64,000 bases of DNA from an uncultured Rhodospirillales bacterium (GCA_903856295.1 CAIOBP010000097.1:540-64539); one strand, 5' to 3'; counted from the stretch's first letter, positions 54,075 to 63,494 are shown. The notes: generated by a model from the letters alone, not told the origin. Program-made: numbers and translations.

Positions 54075-55991
54075 TTACGTCGGTTTGGGGCTGGTCAGCA
54101 TGCGTGTGATGGTCCGGATCAGAGTCTGGGGCGAATAGGGCTTGTGCATGATCGCGCAGCCTTCCCGCCGGGCCTCCTCGGCAATGGTGGCTTGAGTATC
54201 TCCGGTGATCACGATCGCCGGAGTCGAACGCCCCAGGGTCTGGCGCAGCTTCCTGATCAGAGCGACCCCGGATACGCCCGCGGGCAGCCGATAGTCCGAC
54301 AGCAGCAGATCGGGAGCGACCGTGGCGATCAGGGACAGGGCCCGGGCGGCATCCGGTGCCGTGGCGACCTCGAACCCGGCATCCTGGAGCGCCAGAGACA
54401 GGCCCATGGCCTGGAGCTGATCGTCTTCCACCAGGAGGATGCGGCCAGAAGCCGGGGCGGCGGCTATGACGTCCGGCCGTTTCGGGTCATCGGCGAGCGA
54501 CTGGAGGCACAGGTAGGGCACGGCGATCGAGAACACGGAGCCCCGGCCCTCGCGCGACCGCAACGTCAGGCGATGGCCGAGCAGATCGGCGGTTCGGGCG
54601 ACGATGGCGAGGCCAAGCCCGATCCCCTTGTCGCGGTCGCGCTCCGGGTTGCCCAACTGGCGATATTCCTCGAACACCACCGTTTGCAGACTTGGCGCGA
54701 TGCCGGTCCCGGTATCGTGAACTTCCAGGACCGCCGCATCCCCTCTTCGGCGCAAACCAACCAGCACGCCGCCCCGCTCCGTGTAGCGGATGGCATTCGA
54801 CACCAGATTGCGCAATATCCGTTCCATCAGCACCGGGTCGGACTCGGTCTGGCAGGGCGGCACCCTGGCGTTCAGCCGCAGTCCCTTGGCCACCGCCTGG
54901 GGCTCGACCTCGGCGACGATCCGGCGGACCATGTCGTCCAACCGAAAGCTCTCGCGGGTGACCGTGACCCGGCCGCTTTCCAGGGCGGCGAACTCCATCA
55001 GCTTGCCCAGCATGCCCTCGGTCGAATCGAGAGCCGTGCCCATGGTGTCAACCAGCTGAATCGCGGAGGGCTCGCCAACCCGGATGCGGAGCAGCCCGAG
55101 CAGCAACCGCAACGCCTGGATTGGCTGGCGCAGATCATGGCTGGCGGCGGCGAGGAAGCGCGTCTTGGCATCGTTGGCCCGTTCCGCCTCCCTCTGCGCC
55201 CGCACCCGGGCGGTGATCTCGTAGGCGGCGCAGGCCAACTCCTCGACCTCGCCGCGCGGGGTGAGCATCGGTTCGACCAGCAGATCAAAATACTGCTCTT
55301 CGGCGGCGTGGTGTTTGCGGATGGTGACGTCGCTGCGCTCGCCCGTCGCGGTCGTCCACACCCGCCGATAGATCGCGATCAGATGCTCCGCGGTTTCGGT
55401 ATCGAATAAGGCGTCCGGCGATAGTCCGATCATCGGCGCGAGGCCGGACTCGATCTGGCCGCCATGGGCCCAGGTACAGCGGAAATCCCAGTCGAGGCGG
55501 AAGGCGACGGTCTGACCGACGCTCATGGCCACGCGGAGATTGAGTTCGCTCTCGCGCACCGCCTGCTCGGCGAGCGCGGCGGTCACCCGCTGGAGCTGAC
55601 GGCGATGAAGATAGAGATCCAGGAATATCCGCACCTTGGTGTGCAGGATCAGCGGCTCGATCGGCTTCTCGATGTAATCGACGGCGCCCGCCTGATAGCC
55701 GCGCAAACGATGGGCCTCGTCGGCGTAAGCGGCGGTGAGGAAGATCACCGGAATGGTGCGGGTGTGCGGATCCCCTTGCAACAGTTCAACAATTTCGTAT
55801 CCACTCATCTCCGGCATATTGACGTCGATCAGCGCCAGCGCAAACTCGTGGTCGAGGGTAAGGGCCAGCGCCTCATTGCCGGATTCCGCCGCGATCACCT
55901 CGGCGTCGCAGTCGCCAAGGAGCTGCCGCAGAGCGACCAGATTGGCGCGCTGATCGTCAACGATCAGGATTTTCGCAACGGGGGCAGTCAT
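54075..55991 (-). CDS. hybrid histidine kinase with N- and C-terminal receiver domains and a PAS-like middle
   Basis: ILIVDDQ...DVNMPEMSG; FLAAASHDLRQPIQAL; HDTGTGI, GIGLGLAIV; RILLVEDD...SDYRLP. Confidence 0.85.
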   Translation of the reverse strand: MTAPVAKILIVDDQRANLVALRQLLGDCDAEVIAAESGNEALALTLDHEFALALIDVNMPEMSGYEIVELLQGDPHTRTIPVIFLTAAYADEAHRLRGYQAGAVDYIEKPIEPLILHTKVRIFLDLYLHRRQLQRVTAALAEQAVRESELNLRVAMSVGQTVAFRLDWDFRCTWAHGGQIESGLAPMIGLSPDALFDTETAEHLIAIYRRVWTTATGERSDVTIRKHHAAEEQYFDLLVEPMLTPRGEVEELACAAYEITARVRAQREAERANDAKTRFLAAASHDLRQPIQALRLLLGLLRIRVGEPSAIQLVDTMGTALDSTEGMLGKLMEFAALESGRVTVTRESFRLDDMVRRIVAEVEPQAVAKGLRLNARVPPCQTESDPVLMERILRNLVSNAIRYTERGGVLVGLRRRGDAAVLEVHDTGTGIAPSLQTVVFEEYRQLGNPERDRDKGIGLGLAIVARTADLLGHRLTLRSREGRGSVFSIAVPYLCLQSLADDPKRPDVIAAAPASGRILLVEDDQLQAMGLSLALQDAGFEVATAPDAARALSLIATVAPDLLLSDYRLPAGVSGVALIRKLRQTLGRSTPAIVITGDTQATIAEEARREGCAIMHKPYSPQTLIRTITRMLTSPKPT

Positions 55992-56201
55992 CGGGACGTC
56001 TGGGTGTGCGACGCCCCGGTTGCCGGCACGCAGCCTTCTACCGAGGAGGGCATGGAAACGTTAATGTACATGACGAGAAATATTCCATACCCCGAAGTTG
56101 GAAACAAGCGTGAGCATGGTCGCCGGCGCCCACCCTCTCAAAAAAATTCAGCCGCGAAAGCGGGCCGGGGCCGACCCAAGCCTGGCGCGATGGGACGAGG
56201 A

Positions 56202-56948
56202 TCAGCGGGCGATCTGGATGGCGGCTGCCGCGCCGTTGACTGCCGCGCCGTTGACTGGGGCCAGCGGGCGCTTGCCGCACGCGGCCTCGCGGGCCGCGAG
56301 ATAGCGTTCCTTGTCGAGACGGTAGGTTTCCTCGAGGCGCGAGGCTTCGTCGGTGCCGCTCTTGCCCGGACCATCGGGAACAGTCATGGTCGCGGCGACC
56401 TTGCTGCTGGCCCGATAGACCCAGTAGGCCTCGCCCAGCGCCACATAGCCGGCGAGCACCGGCAGGGCCGAGCCGAACAAATCTCCCACCGTCGACGGCC
56501 CATAAAAGGGCAGCACGAGATAGGGTCCGTCGGGGATGCCGCTCGAGCAGACCGCCTGCCCCATATCGCGGGGCATGCTCTTGACCCCGATCTCGGTGGC
56601 GCGGTCAAAGACGCCGCCATAGCCATAAACGAGGTTATAAACGAAGCGATGGGCGGCTATGCCGGCATTGTCCATGTCTCCAAGGGCGAGGCTGCTGACC
56701 GCGATCACCGGCTCACCAAGATTGGAGAAGAAATTGCTCACGCCCTGACGCACGCCGTCGGGCACCGCCTGAAAAAAGAACTGGGAGGCGCTGTTCTCGG
56801 AGCTGGTAATATACTTCTGATTGAAGTCGTAAACAGCCTTATTCACTTGCTCAAGCTGGTTCTCCTCGGCAAGCGCGCGTGCCGGGGACAGCGGGAGCAG
56901 CAGCAACACGAAAACCGTCAGCATGAGCGCCATGGGACGCCGCACCAT
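56202..56948 (-). CDS. mlaA: MlaA/VacJ family lipoprotein
   Basis: SNFFSNLGEPV, NLVYGYGGVFD, GPYLVLPFYGPSTVGD. Start at MVRRPMALML (56948; alternative 56933). Confidence 0.8.
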   Translation of the reverse strand: MVRRPMALMLTVFVLLLLPLSPARALAEENQLEQVNKAVYDFNQKYITSSENSASQFFFQAVPDGVRQGVSNFFSNLGEPVIAVSSLALGDMDNAGIAAHRFVYNLVYGYGGVFDRATEIGVKSMPRDMGQAVCSSGIPDGPYLVLPFYGPSTVGDLFGSALPVLAGYVALGEAYWVYRASSKVAATMTVPDGPGKSGTDEASRLEETYRLDKERYLAAREAACGKRPLAPVNGAAVNGAAAAIQIAR

Positions 56949-57307
56949 CGTCAACAAACGCCCCTTGGCTGGAGACCATTCCCAGTGACGGCCGCATTCC
57001 AGCACAAGCCGGGCGACAGCCTCGAACATCTGGGAAAGTGTAACTCTCTCAGGGAGTTCTGTCAAATGCCCCGTTAAAGTCGGGGCTCCGGACAAACAGC
57101 CCGGCGCCGCCGGAGCACAAGCGCCGCGCCTTTCCGCTCCGGGCATGTAATTCGTGATGAAGGTCAAACGTTGCGCGACGCAGCACTTTCCGAATATCCG
57201 CAGAACCGTGGTTCCGCCAGGATCTGCCTTGAAAGTCTCGAGGTTCCACTGATTGCCACGAGCGGGGAAAGGGCGTAAATCTGCGGCATTCAGAAGGAGC
57301 GAAACCG

Positions 57308-58897
57308 ATGTTGAAGACGACCTACGCGCGGCGGGGCATGGTGGTGGCTCCCCACCATCTGGCGGCTCAGGCGGGGCTCGCGGTGCTGCGCGAGGGTGGC
57401 GACGCCATCGAGGCGATGGTCGCGACCTCGGCGGCCTGCGCGGTGGTGGCGCCGCACCTCAACGGGTTGGGCGGCGATGCCTGCTGGCTGATCTACGAGC
57501 CGGGCAAGCCGCCCATGGCCATCGAGGCCACCGGGAGCGCCGGGCGGGCGGTCTCCCCCGACCTCTATCGCGGCCAGCGGATGAGCGAGATTCCGCCGCG
57601 CGGGCCGCTGGCCGCCAATACCGTTGCCGGCCTGGTCTCGGGCTGGTCGTCGGCGCTGGCCATCAGCCGCGGCTGGGGCGGACGCCTGCCGTTGGCCCGG
57701 TTGCTCGAGGAGGCGGTCGGCCATGCCCGCGACGGCGTGCCGGTGAGCGCCGGGCAGGCGGCGCTGCTCGCCCAGGACGCCAGAGAGCTGCTGCCCCAGC
57801 CCGGTTTCGGCCGCATTCACCTGCCCGGCGGTCAGCCGCCCCGGCCCGGAACGCTGATGATTCAGACCGCGCTGGCCAAGACGCTGGACCGTTTGGCCGC
57901 GGCGGGCTGTGATGATTTTTACCGGGGTGAACTCGCGATTTCGCTCGCGGCCGGACTCTCGGCATCGGGCAGCCCGCTTACCCGCGAGGATCTGGCCGAC
58001 CATTGGGCGCGCTTGGTCGAGCCGTTGTCGGTCAAGCTGGCCGATGCCATGCTCTATAACCTGCCACCGCCGAGTCAAGGGCTGGCGGCCCTGATGATTC
58101 CCGGCATCTTCGATCGTCTCAAGGTTGGCGAGGCCGACAGCGCCCAGCATATTCACGCGTTGGTCGAGGCGTCGAAGCACGCCTGCCGGGTGCGCGACCT
58201 CTATGTCACCGATCCGTTTTACATGAGCGTCGACGCCAAGGATTTCGTGCTGCCCGAAGTGCTCGACGAAGTCGCGGCGGTGCTCGATTCCGAACAGGCC
58301 CAGCCCTGGTCGGATGCCGGCGGCCATGGCGAGTGTGCGTGGCTGGGGGTGATCGACGGCGCCGGCCGCGTCGTCAGTTGCATGCAAAGTCTGCATTGGG
58401 GCTTTGGGTCCGGCGTCACGCTGGGGCGCACCGGTGTGGTCTGGAACAATTGCGGCGTCGGCTTCAGCCTTCAGCCGGGCGCGGTCAATCACCTGATCAG
58501 CGGCCGCAAACCCTGTCACACCCTGTGCCCGGCGCTGGCGGTGTTCGACGACGGCCGGGCGCTGGGCTTCGGCGGCATGAGCGGCGAAAACCAGCCCCAG
58601 AGCCAGGCCGCTTTCTTCAGCCGCTACGCACGGCTCGGTCAGGGGTTGCAGGCGGCCGTCAGCGCGCCGCGCTGGTTCCTCGGCCGGCGTCATGGCGTCG
58701 GCGCCGCGTCCCTCAAGATCGAAAACCGTCTCGCCCCCGAGGTGCTCGAAATCCTGCGCCAAAACGGTCACCAGCTGGAACTGGTCGAACCGTTCTCAGA
58801 CCGCATGGGCCATGCCGGCGCCGTGCTCTACACCCCCGATACCGCCCTCGAAGGCGCCAGCGACCCCCGCTCGGACGGCGCCGTCGCCGCTTGGTGA
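57308..58897 (+). CDS. gamma-glutamyltransferase family protein with Cys at the nucleophile position
   Basis: GMVVAPHHLAAQAG, GLGGDACW, and ...GECAWLGVIDGAGRVVSCMQSLHWGFGSG aligning with TSHFVVVD... of the ggt gene in this window. Confidence 0.85.
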   Translation: MLKTTYARRGMVVAPHHLAAQAGLAVLREGGDAIEAMVATSAACAVVAPHLNGLGGDACWLIYEPGKPPMAIEATGSAGRAVSPDLYRGQRMSEIPPRGPLAANTVAGLVSGWSSALAISRGWGGRLPLARLLEEAVGHARDGVPVSAGQAALLAQDARELLPQPGFGRIHLPGGQPPRPGTLMIQTALAKTLDRLAAAGCDDFYRGELAISLAAGLSASGSPLTREDLADHWARLVEPLSVKLADAMLYNLPPPSQGLAALMIPGIFDRLKVGEADSAQHIHALVEASKHACRVRDLYVTDPFYMSVDAKDFVLPEVLDEVAAVLDSEQAQPWSDAGGHGECAWLGVIDGAGRVVSCMQSLHWGFGSGVTLGRTGVVWNNCGVGFSLQPGAVNHLISGRKPCHTLCPALAVFDDGRALGFGGMSGENQPQSQAAFFSRYARLGQGLQAAVSAPRWFLGRRHGVGAASLKIENRLAPEVLEILRQNGHQLELVEPFSDRMGHAGAVLYTPDTALEGASDPRSDGAVAAW

Positions 58898-59031
58898 CAC
58901 CCCGGGCGGACCGCTGAGGTATTTTTCACTCAGGCCAATTGTGGGGGTTGCCAAGCCGCCCAGACTTGGCTAGTGTCCGCCCCGTGCTTCCGACGGGCTC
59001 CCGTCTCGCCGGACAGCCTTTGTATGGCAAT

Positions 59032-59108
59032 GCGCCCGTAGCTCAACTGGATAGAGCATCTGACTACGGATCAGAAGGCTGGGAGTTCGAATCTCTCCGG
59101 GCGCGCCA
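59032..59108 (+). tRNA. tRNA-Arg (anticodon ACG)
   Basis: Hand-folded cloverleaf. Acceptor GCGCCCG/CGGGCGC. D arm GCTC-AACTGGATA-GAGC. Anticodon arm TCTGA-CTACGGA-TCAGA. T arm GGGAG-TTCGAAT-CTCTC. Encoded GCCA end. Confidence 0.9.
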
Positions 59109-59288
59109 GTTTTCCCCCAAGTTTCAATAAGTTAGAAGCACAACCCGACAATATCGGGCGTTGCTACTATTGCGTGTTTTGCAATTCTCTCCCTTGATTT
59201 CACACGCTTTTTGTGCTCTCGTCACAGATACGACACAGGCAATTTTTGCTCGATTGGTCACAGATCCATCACGCGAGGGTCTTCCACC

Positions 59289-60596
59289 ATGGGCTCATTT
59301 ATCCAGAACGAACGCAAATTATGCGGCGGCCGTGTGATGCTGTATCAACGGACCGATGTCAAAAACGCCGTTTGGCAATGCCGGGTCAGTTTCCCAAAAC
59401 AACCCGCCATTCGCCACAGCCTCTCGACCACCGATGAACGAGAAGCCGAACAGGCCGCCAAGAAACTCTACGACGACTACAAATACCGCTTCGACCGTGG
59501 CTTGGCCCTTCGTCGCAAAAAGTTCGAAGAGGTTCTGGACGAGTATCTGCTCTATCTCGCACAGGAAGTCGAGAGTGGTGTCGCCAAACCCAAGAAGTTG
59601 GCCGATCATCGCGCAATGAGCCGATATAGCCTTGAATATTTCAAGGGCAAAAACATCGACGCCATCACGACCGGCGATGTAAACAAATTCAGGGAATGGC
59701 GTCGTAAATATTGGATCACAGGCCCCGGCAGCAAGGAGGAAACCTACACCTATCAACGTGAGGGTAAGACTGTCGTATCTCAGAAGCGTGAAGCCAAGGA
59801 ACCTGCCTTGAGCACCCAGAACAGCGAGAATGTCCTGCTTCGCGCCGTATTTCATTATGCCGCCACCAATGACTGGATCACCAAGGCACAGGTTCCAGTC
59901 ATCGAACTCAAGATACCGCACGCCAAGAAAGGGCGAGATGCCCACCGCCGTCCTGGACTTGATAAGAAGGAGGTAACGAAACTTATTGATCTTGCTCGTA
60001 TTAAGTTTGCGGATACCACAGACCCACGTCTCAGGCACCAGCGGTTCATGCTCTATACTTTTGTTGGAATGATGGCCTGCACTGGTATGCGGCCATTCGA
60101 GTGCATGAAGTTAAGAATGAAAGATATTGATGTCACTTCAGGGCCGCTAATGGATAGCTATACCAAGGTTTATGCGAGCGGCAAAAGCAAGTGTCGATGG
60201 CTTATCCCATTAGACGAGTTTGGAAACGCCACATGGTTTTTAATCAATTCCACAATACAGCTTTGGAAAAGGCTTGAGCCTAAAATTAATGTGCGAACTG
60301 AGCTTGGCGATAAAATGATATTTTGTGATTATGACGGAACTCCGATAAAGAGTTTAAACAGAGGATTTGCCGGTCTTTTGAAAGAGGCAAAACTGCACAT
60401 CGACCCGGAGACAGGAAAGCAGCGTGACGCATACTGTTTGAGGCATTATTATGCCACTGAACGGCTCATTGCTGGTGTATCCGTTTACACCCTGGCCGAG
60501 AATATGGGAACTTCGGTTCAGATGATTGAGCGCCATTATGGGCACTTGAAGCCGGAGATGGCTGCGGAGGAACTCACGAAGAAGGGCAAGGGGTGA
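59289..60596 (+). CDS. tyrosine-type site-specific integrase
   Basis: C-terminal catalytic pattern CLRHYYATERL ... MGTSVQMIERHYGHL. ATG 59289 (MGSFIQNE) chosen over the ORF-track start 59211. Confidence 0.85.
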   Translation: MGSFIQNERKLCGGRVMLYQRTDVKNAVWQCRVSFPKQPAIRHSLSTTDEREAEQAAKKLYDDYKYRFDRGLALRRKKFEEVLDEYLLYLAQEVESGVAKPKKLADHRAMSRYSLEYFKGKNIDAITTGDVNKFREWRRKYWITGPGSKEETYTYQREGKTVVSQKREAKEPALSTQNSENVLLRAVFHYAATNDWITKAQVPVIELKIPHAKKGRDAHRRPGLDKKEVTKLIDLARIKFADTTDPRLRHQRFMLYTFVGMMACTGMRPFECMKLRMKDIDVTSGPLMDSYTKVYASGKSKCRWLIPLDEFGNATWFLINSTIQLWKRLEPKINVRTELGDKMIFCDYDGTPIKSLNRGFAGLLKEAKLHIDPETGKQRDAYCLRHYYATERLIAGVSVYTLAENMGTSVQMIERHYGHLKPEMAAEELTKKGKG

Positions 60597-60685
60597 TGCC
60601 AGCATTACGGCTGTTGGCTCAATCATTCGTGATCATAGTTGCACATTAAGGTTTTCCAAAAACTCAAGCGCATGAGGGAAAGTAA

Positions 60686-61144
60686 ATGACCGAGACGCTG
60701 TATGAGAGAGATGGATTAATGATTACAGATAGATTTATTAAAATAAGTGACGGCCATGGGAAGTGCATGGTCGATATGGCGGAGGTCGCAGAGGTATCAC
60801 TTGGCCCGCCAGAAGTTAAGCATATAGACACATACGCCATGATATCGTTTCAGGCTGTTGGGTTTGGGGCCGTCCTTTACGATACAGGCTTTGTTGGGAT
60901 ATGCTTTCTTGCGATTGCCGTTATTTCATTGATAGTCGTTCTGTTGAAAATGGCCGTCAAGTCTGGAATGGATGTTGTGACGATTACCCTTTCAGCAGGA
61001 GTAAGGCGGCCACTAACAAATATTGGAGCGCCGATTGAAACCCTCAATGCGATTTATGAGGCAATATCTAAAGCCATTGAATTGAACCAATGGGACGATG
61101 AGTATGAAGATAATCTCGAAGATGACGGAGATTTGCCATTTTAA
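60686..61144 (+). CDS. hypothetical membrane protein
   Basis: 152 aa, AT-rich. Two central hydrophobic segments and an acidic C-terminus. No family recognised. Confidence 0.45.
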   Translation: MTETLYERDGLMITDRFIKISDGHGKCMVDMAEVAEVSLGPPEVKHIDTYAMISFQAVGFGAVLYDTGFVGICFLAIAVISLIVVLLKMAVKSGMDVVTITLSAGVRRPLTNIGAPIETLNAIYEAISKAIELNQWDDEYEDNLEDDGDLPF

Positions 61145-61147
61145 TAC

Positions 61148-61177
61148 GATGGCCGGCGATCATTGCCGCCGGCCATC
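61148..61177. terminator. GC-rich hairpin between convergent island genes
   Basis: gatggccggcg-atcattgc-cgccggccatc, an 11-bp stem. Flanking A/T tracts are weak. Confidence 0.45.
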
Positions 61178-61188
61178 AGGTTCCAGGA

Positions 61189-61656
61189 TCACTTCGCGGG
61201 CTTGCTCGGAGTCGCCTTCTTGAACGCTTTCTTGCGGCTCTCAACCACACCCTGGAGCACGGCGTCGAGTTCACCCGCCGCCACCGCCTTCTTGACGGTC
61301 TGGAGGGTGGGAACCAACTTGTCGAGGGTGCCGACGACGACGCTGGACTTGCCGCCGACCTGCACCGCCTTGTTGGCGAATCGGAGTTCCAGGAGAATCC
61401 GACCACCGGCATCGCTGAACCACATCTTGCGAATCGGATGTTGGACCTTCACCCGCTCCTTCCGGCCAGTGGCTTCGTCCACCAGTTGCCACTTTTCGGT
61501 ATAGGTGAAGTACGGCTGGTTCTGCTGGTCGGCGTTGAAGGCGGCTATCTGGTGGTCCAGTGCCGCCAGCATCTTGTTGCGAAGGTTGGTGACCGGATCG
61601 GCGGAAACCGCACGCTTGGCGGTATCGGACAACGTGAGCGAGGAAAGGATGGACAT
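61189..61656 (-). CDS. hypothetical protein
   Basis: Start at MSILSSL (ATG 61656) with GGAG 9 nt upstream. Lys-rich tail. No family recognised. Confidence 0.5.
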   Translation of the reverse strand: MSILSSLTLSDTAKRAVSADPVTNLRNKMLAALDHQIAAFNADQQNQPYFTYTEKWQLVDEATGRKERVKVQHPIRKMWFSDAGGRILLELRFANKAVQVGGKSSVVVGTLDKLVPTLQTVKKAVAAGELDAVLQGVVESRKKAFKKATPSKPAK

Positions 61657-61827
61657 GGGGAAGTTCTCCATAAGTTCTGATGCCTGAGCCTATGGATTGG
61701 TAGATAGCGGTCACCTTAAGATTGACTGATCTGGTCAGAATTCTGACGTGCAGTTTATCCCACCTCGAAAAGCCCGGCAGCCACTGAAGCTGCCGGGCAT
61801 CTCAAGCCTAGAAAGCGTGATCGGGGA

Positions 61828-62229
61828 TCAGTCTTTGGGCCGCCGACCGAGGCCAAGCTGCAGGGCCAGATCGGAACGAGCCTTGGCGTAGTTGGGGGCG
61901 ACCATCGGGTAATCGGTAGGCAGGCCCCACTTGGCGCGGTACTCATCGGGGGTCATGTTGTAGGAGGTGTTGAGATGCCGCTTGAGCATCTTCAGCTTCT
62001 TCCCGTCCTCAAGGCAGACGATGTAGTCGGGCGTGACGGACTTCTTGACCGGCACGGCGGGCTTGAGATCGGCCGCAGTTTCAACCACTGCCGGCGGATT
62101 GACCAGCCCTTTTAACGCCTGCTGGACGGTGGAGATCACGCCGGGGAGATCGTTGACGGTGACGTTGTTTCGGGAGACAAAGGCCGCCACTATCTGGGCC
62201 GTCAGTTGAGGGATCAGGGCTTCGCTCAT
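61828..62229 (-). CDS. MucR/Ros family zinc-finger transcriptional regulator
   Basis: VTPDYIVCLEDGKKLKMLKRHLNTSYNMTPDEYRAKWGLPTDYPMVAPNYAKARS. Start at MSEALIPQ (ATG 62229). Confidence 0.85.
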   Translation of the reverse strand: MSEALIPQLTAQIVAAFVSRNNVTVNDLPGVISTVQQALKGLVNPPAVVETAADLKPAVPVKKSVTPDYIVCLEDGKKLKMLKRHLNTSYNMTPDEYRAKWGLPTDYPMVAPNYAKARSDLALQLGLGRRPKD

Positions 62230-62370
62230 CACGCTCTCCAGGGATGGGGCTATCTTAAACAGCGGCGTACCACCAATTGTCATTGCCATCAAGGTTGGGA
62301 TCATGGCAGCAAACAGGCCGCCCAAACTTTTGGGCGGCCATGTTTCTGAGAAGCAACATCAACAGAATGT

Positions 62371-63018
62371 CTAACGGCCTTCATTCCGGTTCAATGCTGC
62401 CAGAACACCTCGATGGAGAGATGTCATTGTGGCATCAATCCCAAAGTGCCCATATAATAGTCCTGTTGCTTCACTCAAAATATTACGAATGCCAATCAAT
62501 TCCATTGACCTCGGAATACCAGCATCAGGATTTCCAACGCCAAGCATGCACTTTTTGACGTTTAGGCTGTTATATAGCCGGCAAGCAAGCGGCCTACATT
62601 TATATATCATGCATTTTTTTGTATCCGCAAGAAAGGCGCATTTTGTTTTGCGCTTAATATATTCATCGATGCCATTGTTCTCAAGTTCAGAGTTTTGCTG
62701 TATCCGCTGCCTCACCGCCTCAAAATCCTTGTTCGGCATAGCCTTCATATTAGCAGCTATCAAGTTCGCCTCACCGGAAAATACATCAACATAAAGAGTG
62801 CAGCAAAATGAACACCCGGCCTTGCATGAGCTGTTCGCGAATGCCTTTGATACCCGACACACCTCATCGCAGCACCGGTTTATATGTTTTCCGATGCAAG
62901 CCTCGATGTTTCTCGAAGCGTTCTTTTCAATGTCCGCGCACACATCAACAAATACCTCTGCCGCCGTGATATGCGCTGGGTCTTCCTCCATATGCTCACT
63001 ATAATCAGTATCATTCAT
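62371..63018 (-). CDS. YkgJ-like cysteine-cluster (CxxCxxCC) protein
   Basis: CKAGCSFCC plus KCAFL...KCMIYKCRPLACRLY. AT-rich gene. Confidence 0.6.
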   Translation of the reverse strand: MNDTDYSEHMEEDPAHITAAEVFVDVCADIEKNASRNIEACIGKHINRCCDEVCRVSKAFANSSCKAGCSFCCTLYVDVFSGEANLIAANMKAMPNKDFEAVRQRIQQNSELENNGIDEYIKRKTKCAFLADTKKCMIYKCRPLACRLYNSLNVKKCMLGVGNPDAGIPRSMELIGIRNILSEATGLLYGHFGIDATMTSLHRGVLAALNRNEGR

Positions 63019-63059
63019 ATTCTAAATTCCTTCTTTCAAAATTTATGTGGAGCCAATTA

Positions 63060-63494
63060 TTAGTATTTTAGCATTGCGGCAATGACAGTTTTGATAAATG
63101 CGTTTGGGCGAACATTTAGATTTGTGATTTCCAATGTCCCTGTAATATCGTGCTGACCTTGACAGAGAGACATGTCAAACTTACCGTGAGTGATGGAATC
63201 AAATATTTCCATCTCAAATACCCTGTATTCAAAGTCACCCTTGCAAGATACTTCAAATTTCACAAACAACTCAAAATCGGCGATTTTTACCGTTATGTCT
63301 TCCTCGCAATCAGAGAGGCGTGGAAAATTCCATATATCCGGCGGCACTCTATGATGTAGGGTATGGTTCCATTCCGTTATAATGAATGCGGCGACCGAAA
63401 GTGCTTCGAAGTCAGTCAGGTCTCTGAAGCCCTCTTCATTTCTCTCAGGAATATTTTGTTCGTATTTTTTAGTTGGTTTAAATATTTTGCTCAT
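63060..63494 (-). CDS. hypothetical protein
   Basis: ATG 63494 (MSKIFKPTKK) with AAGGA upstream. The ORF track starts at an upstream TTG (63509). No family recognised. Confidence 0.45.
   Translation of the reverse strand: MSKIFKPTKKYEQNIPERNEEGFRDLTDFEALSVAAFIITEWNHTLHHRVPPDIWNFPRLSDCEEDITVKIADFELFVKFEVSCKGDFEYRVFEMEIFDSITHGKFDMSLCQGQHDITGTLEITNLNVRPNAFIKTVIAAMLKY

Noticed and set aside
52464-55409. 981-aa plus-strand ORF (and 50091..52154, 687 aa) antisense to the hybrid kinase genes
   Set aside because: The same low-complexity shadow pattern. The minus-strand products have complete HisKA/HATPase/receiver architectures.
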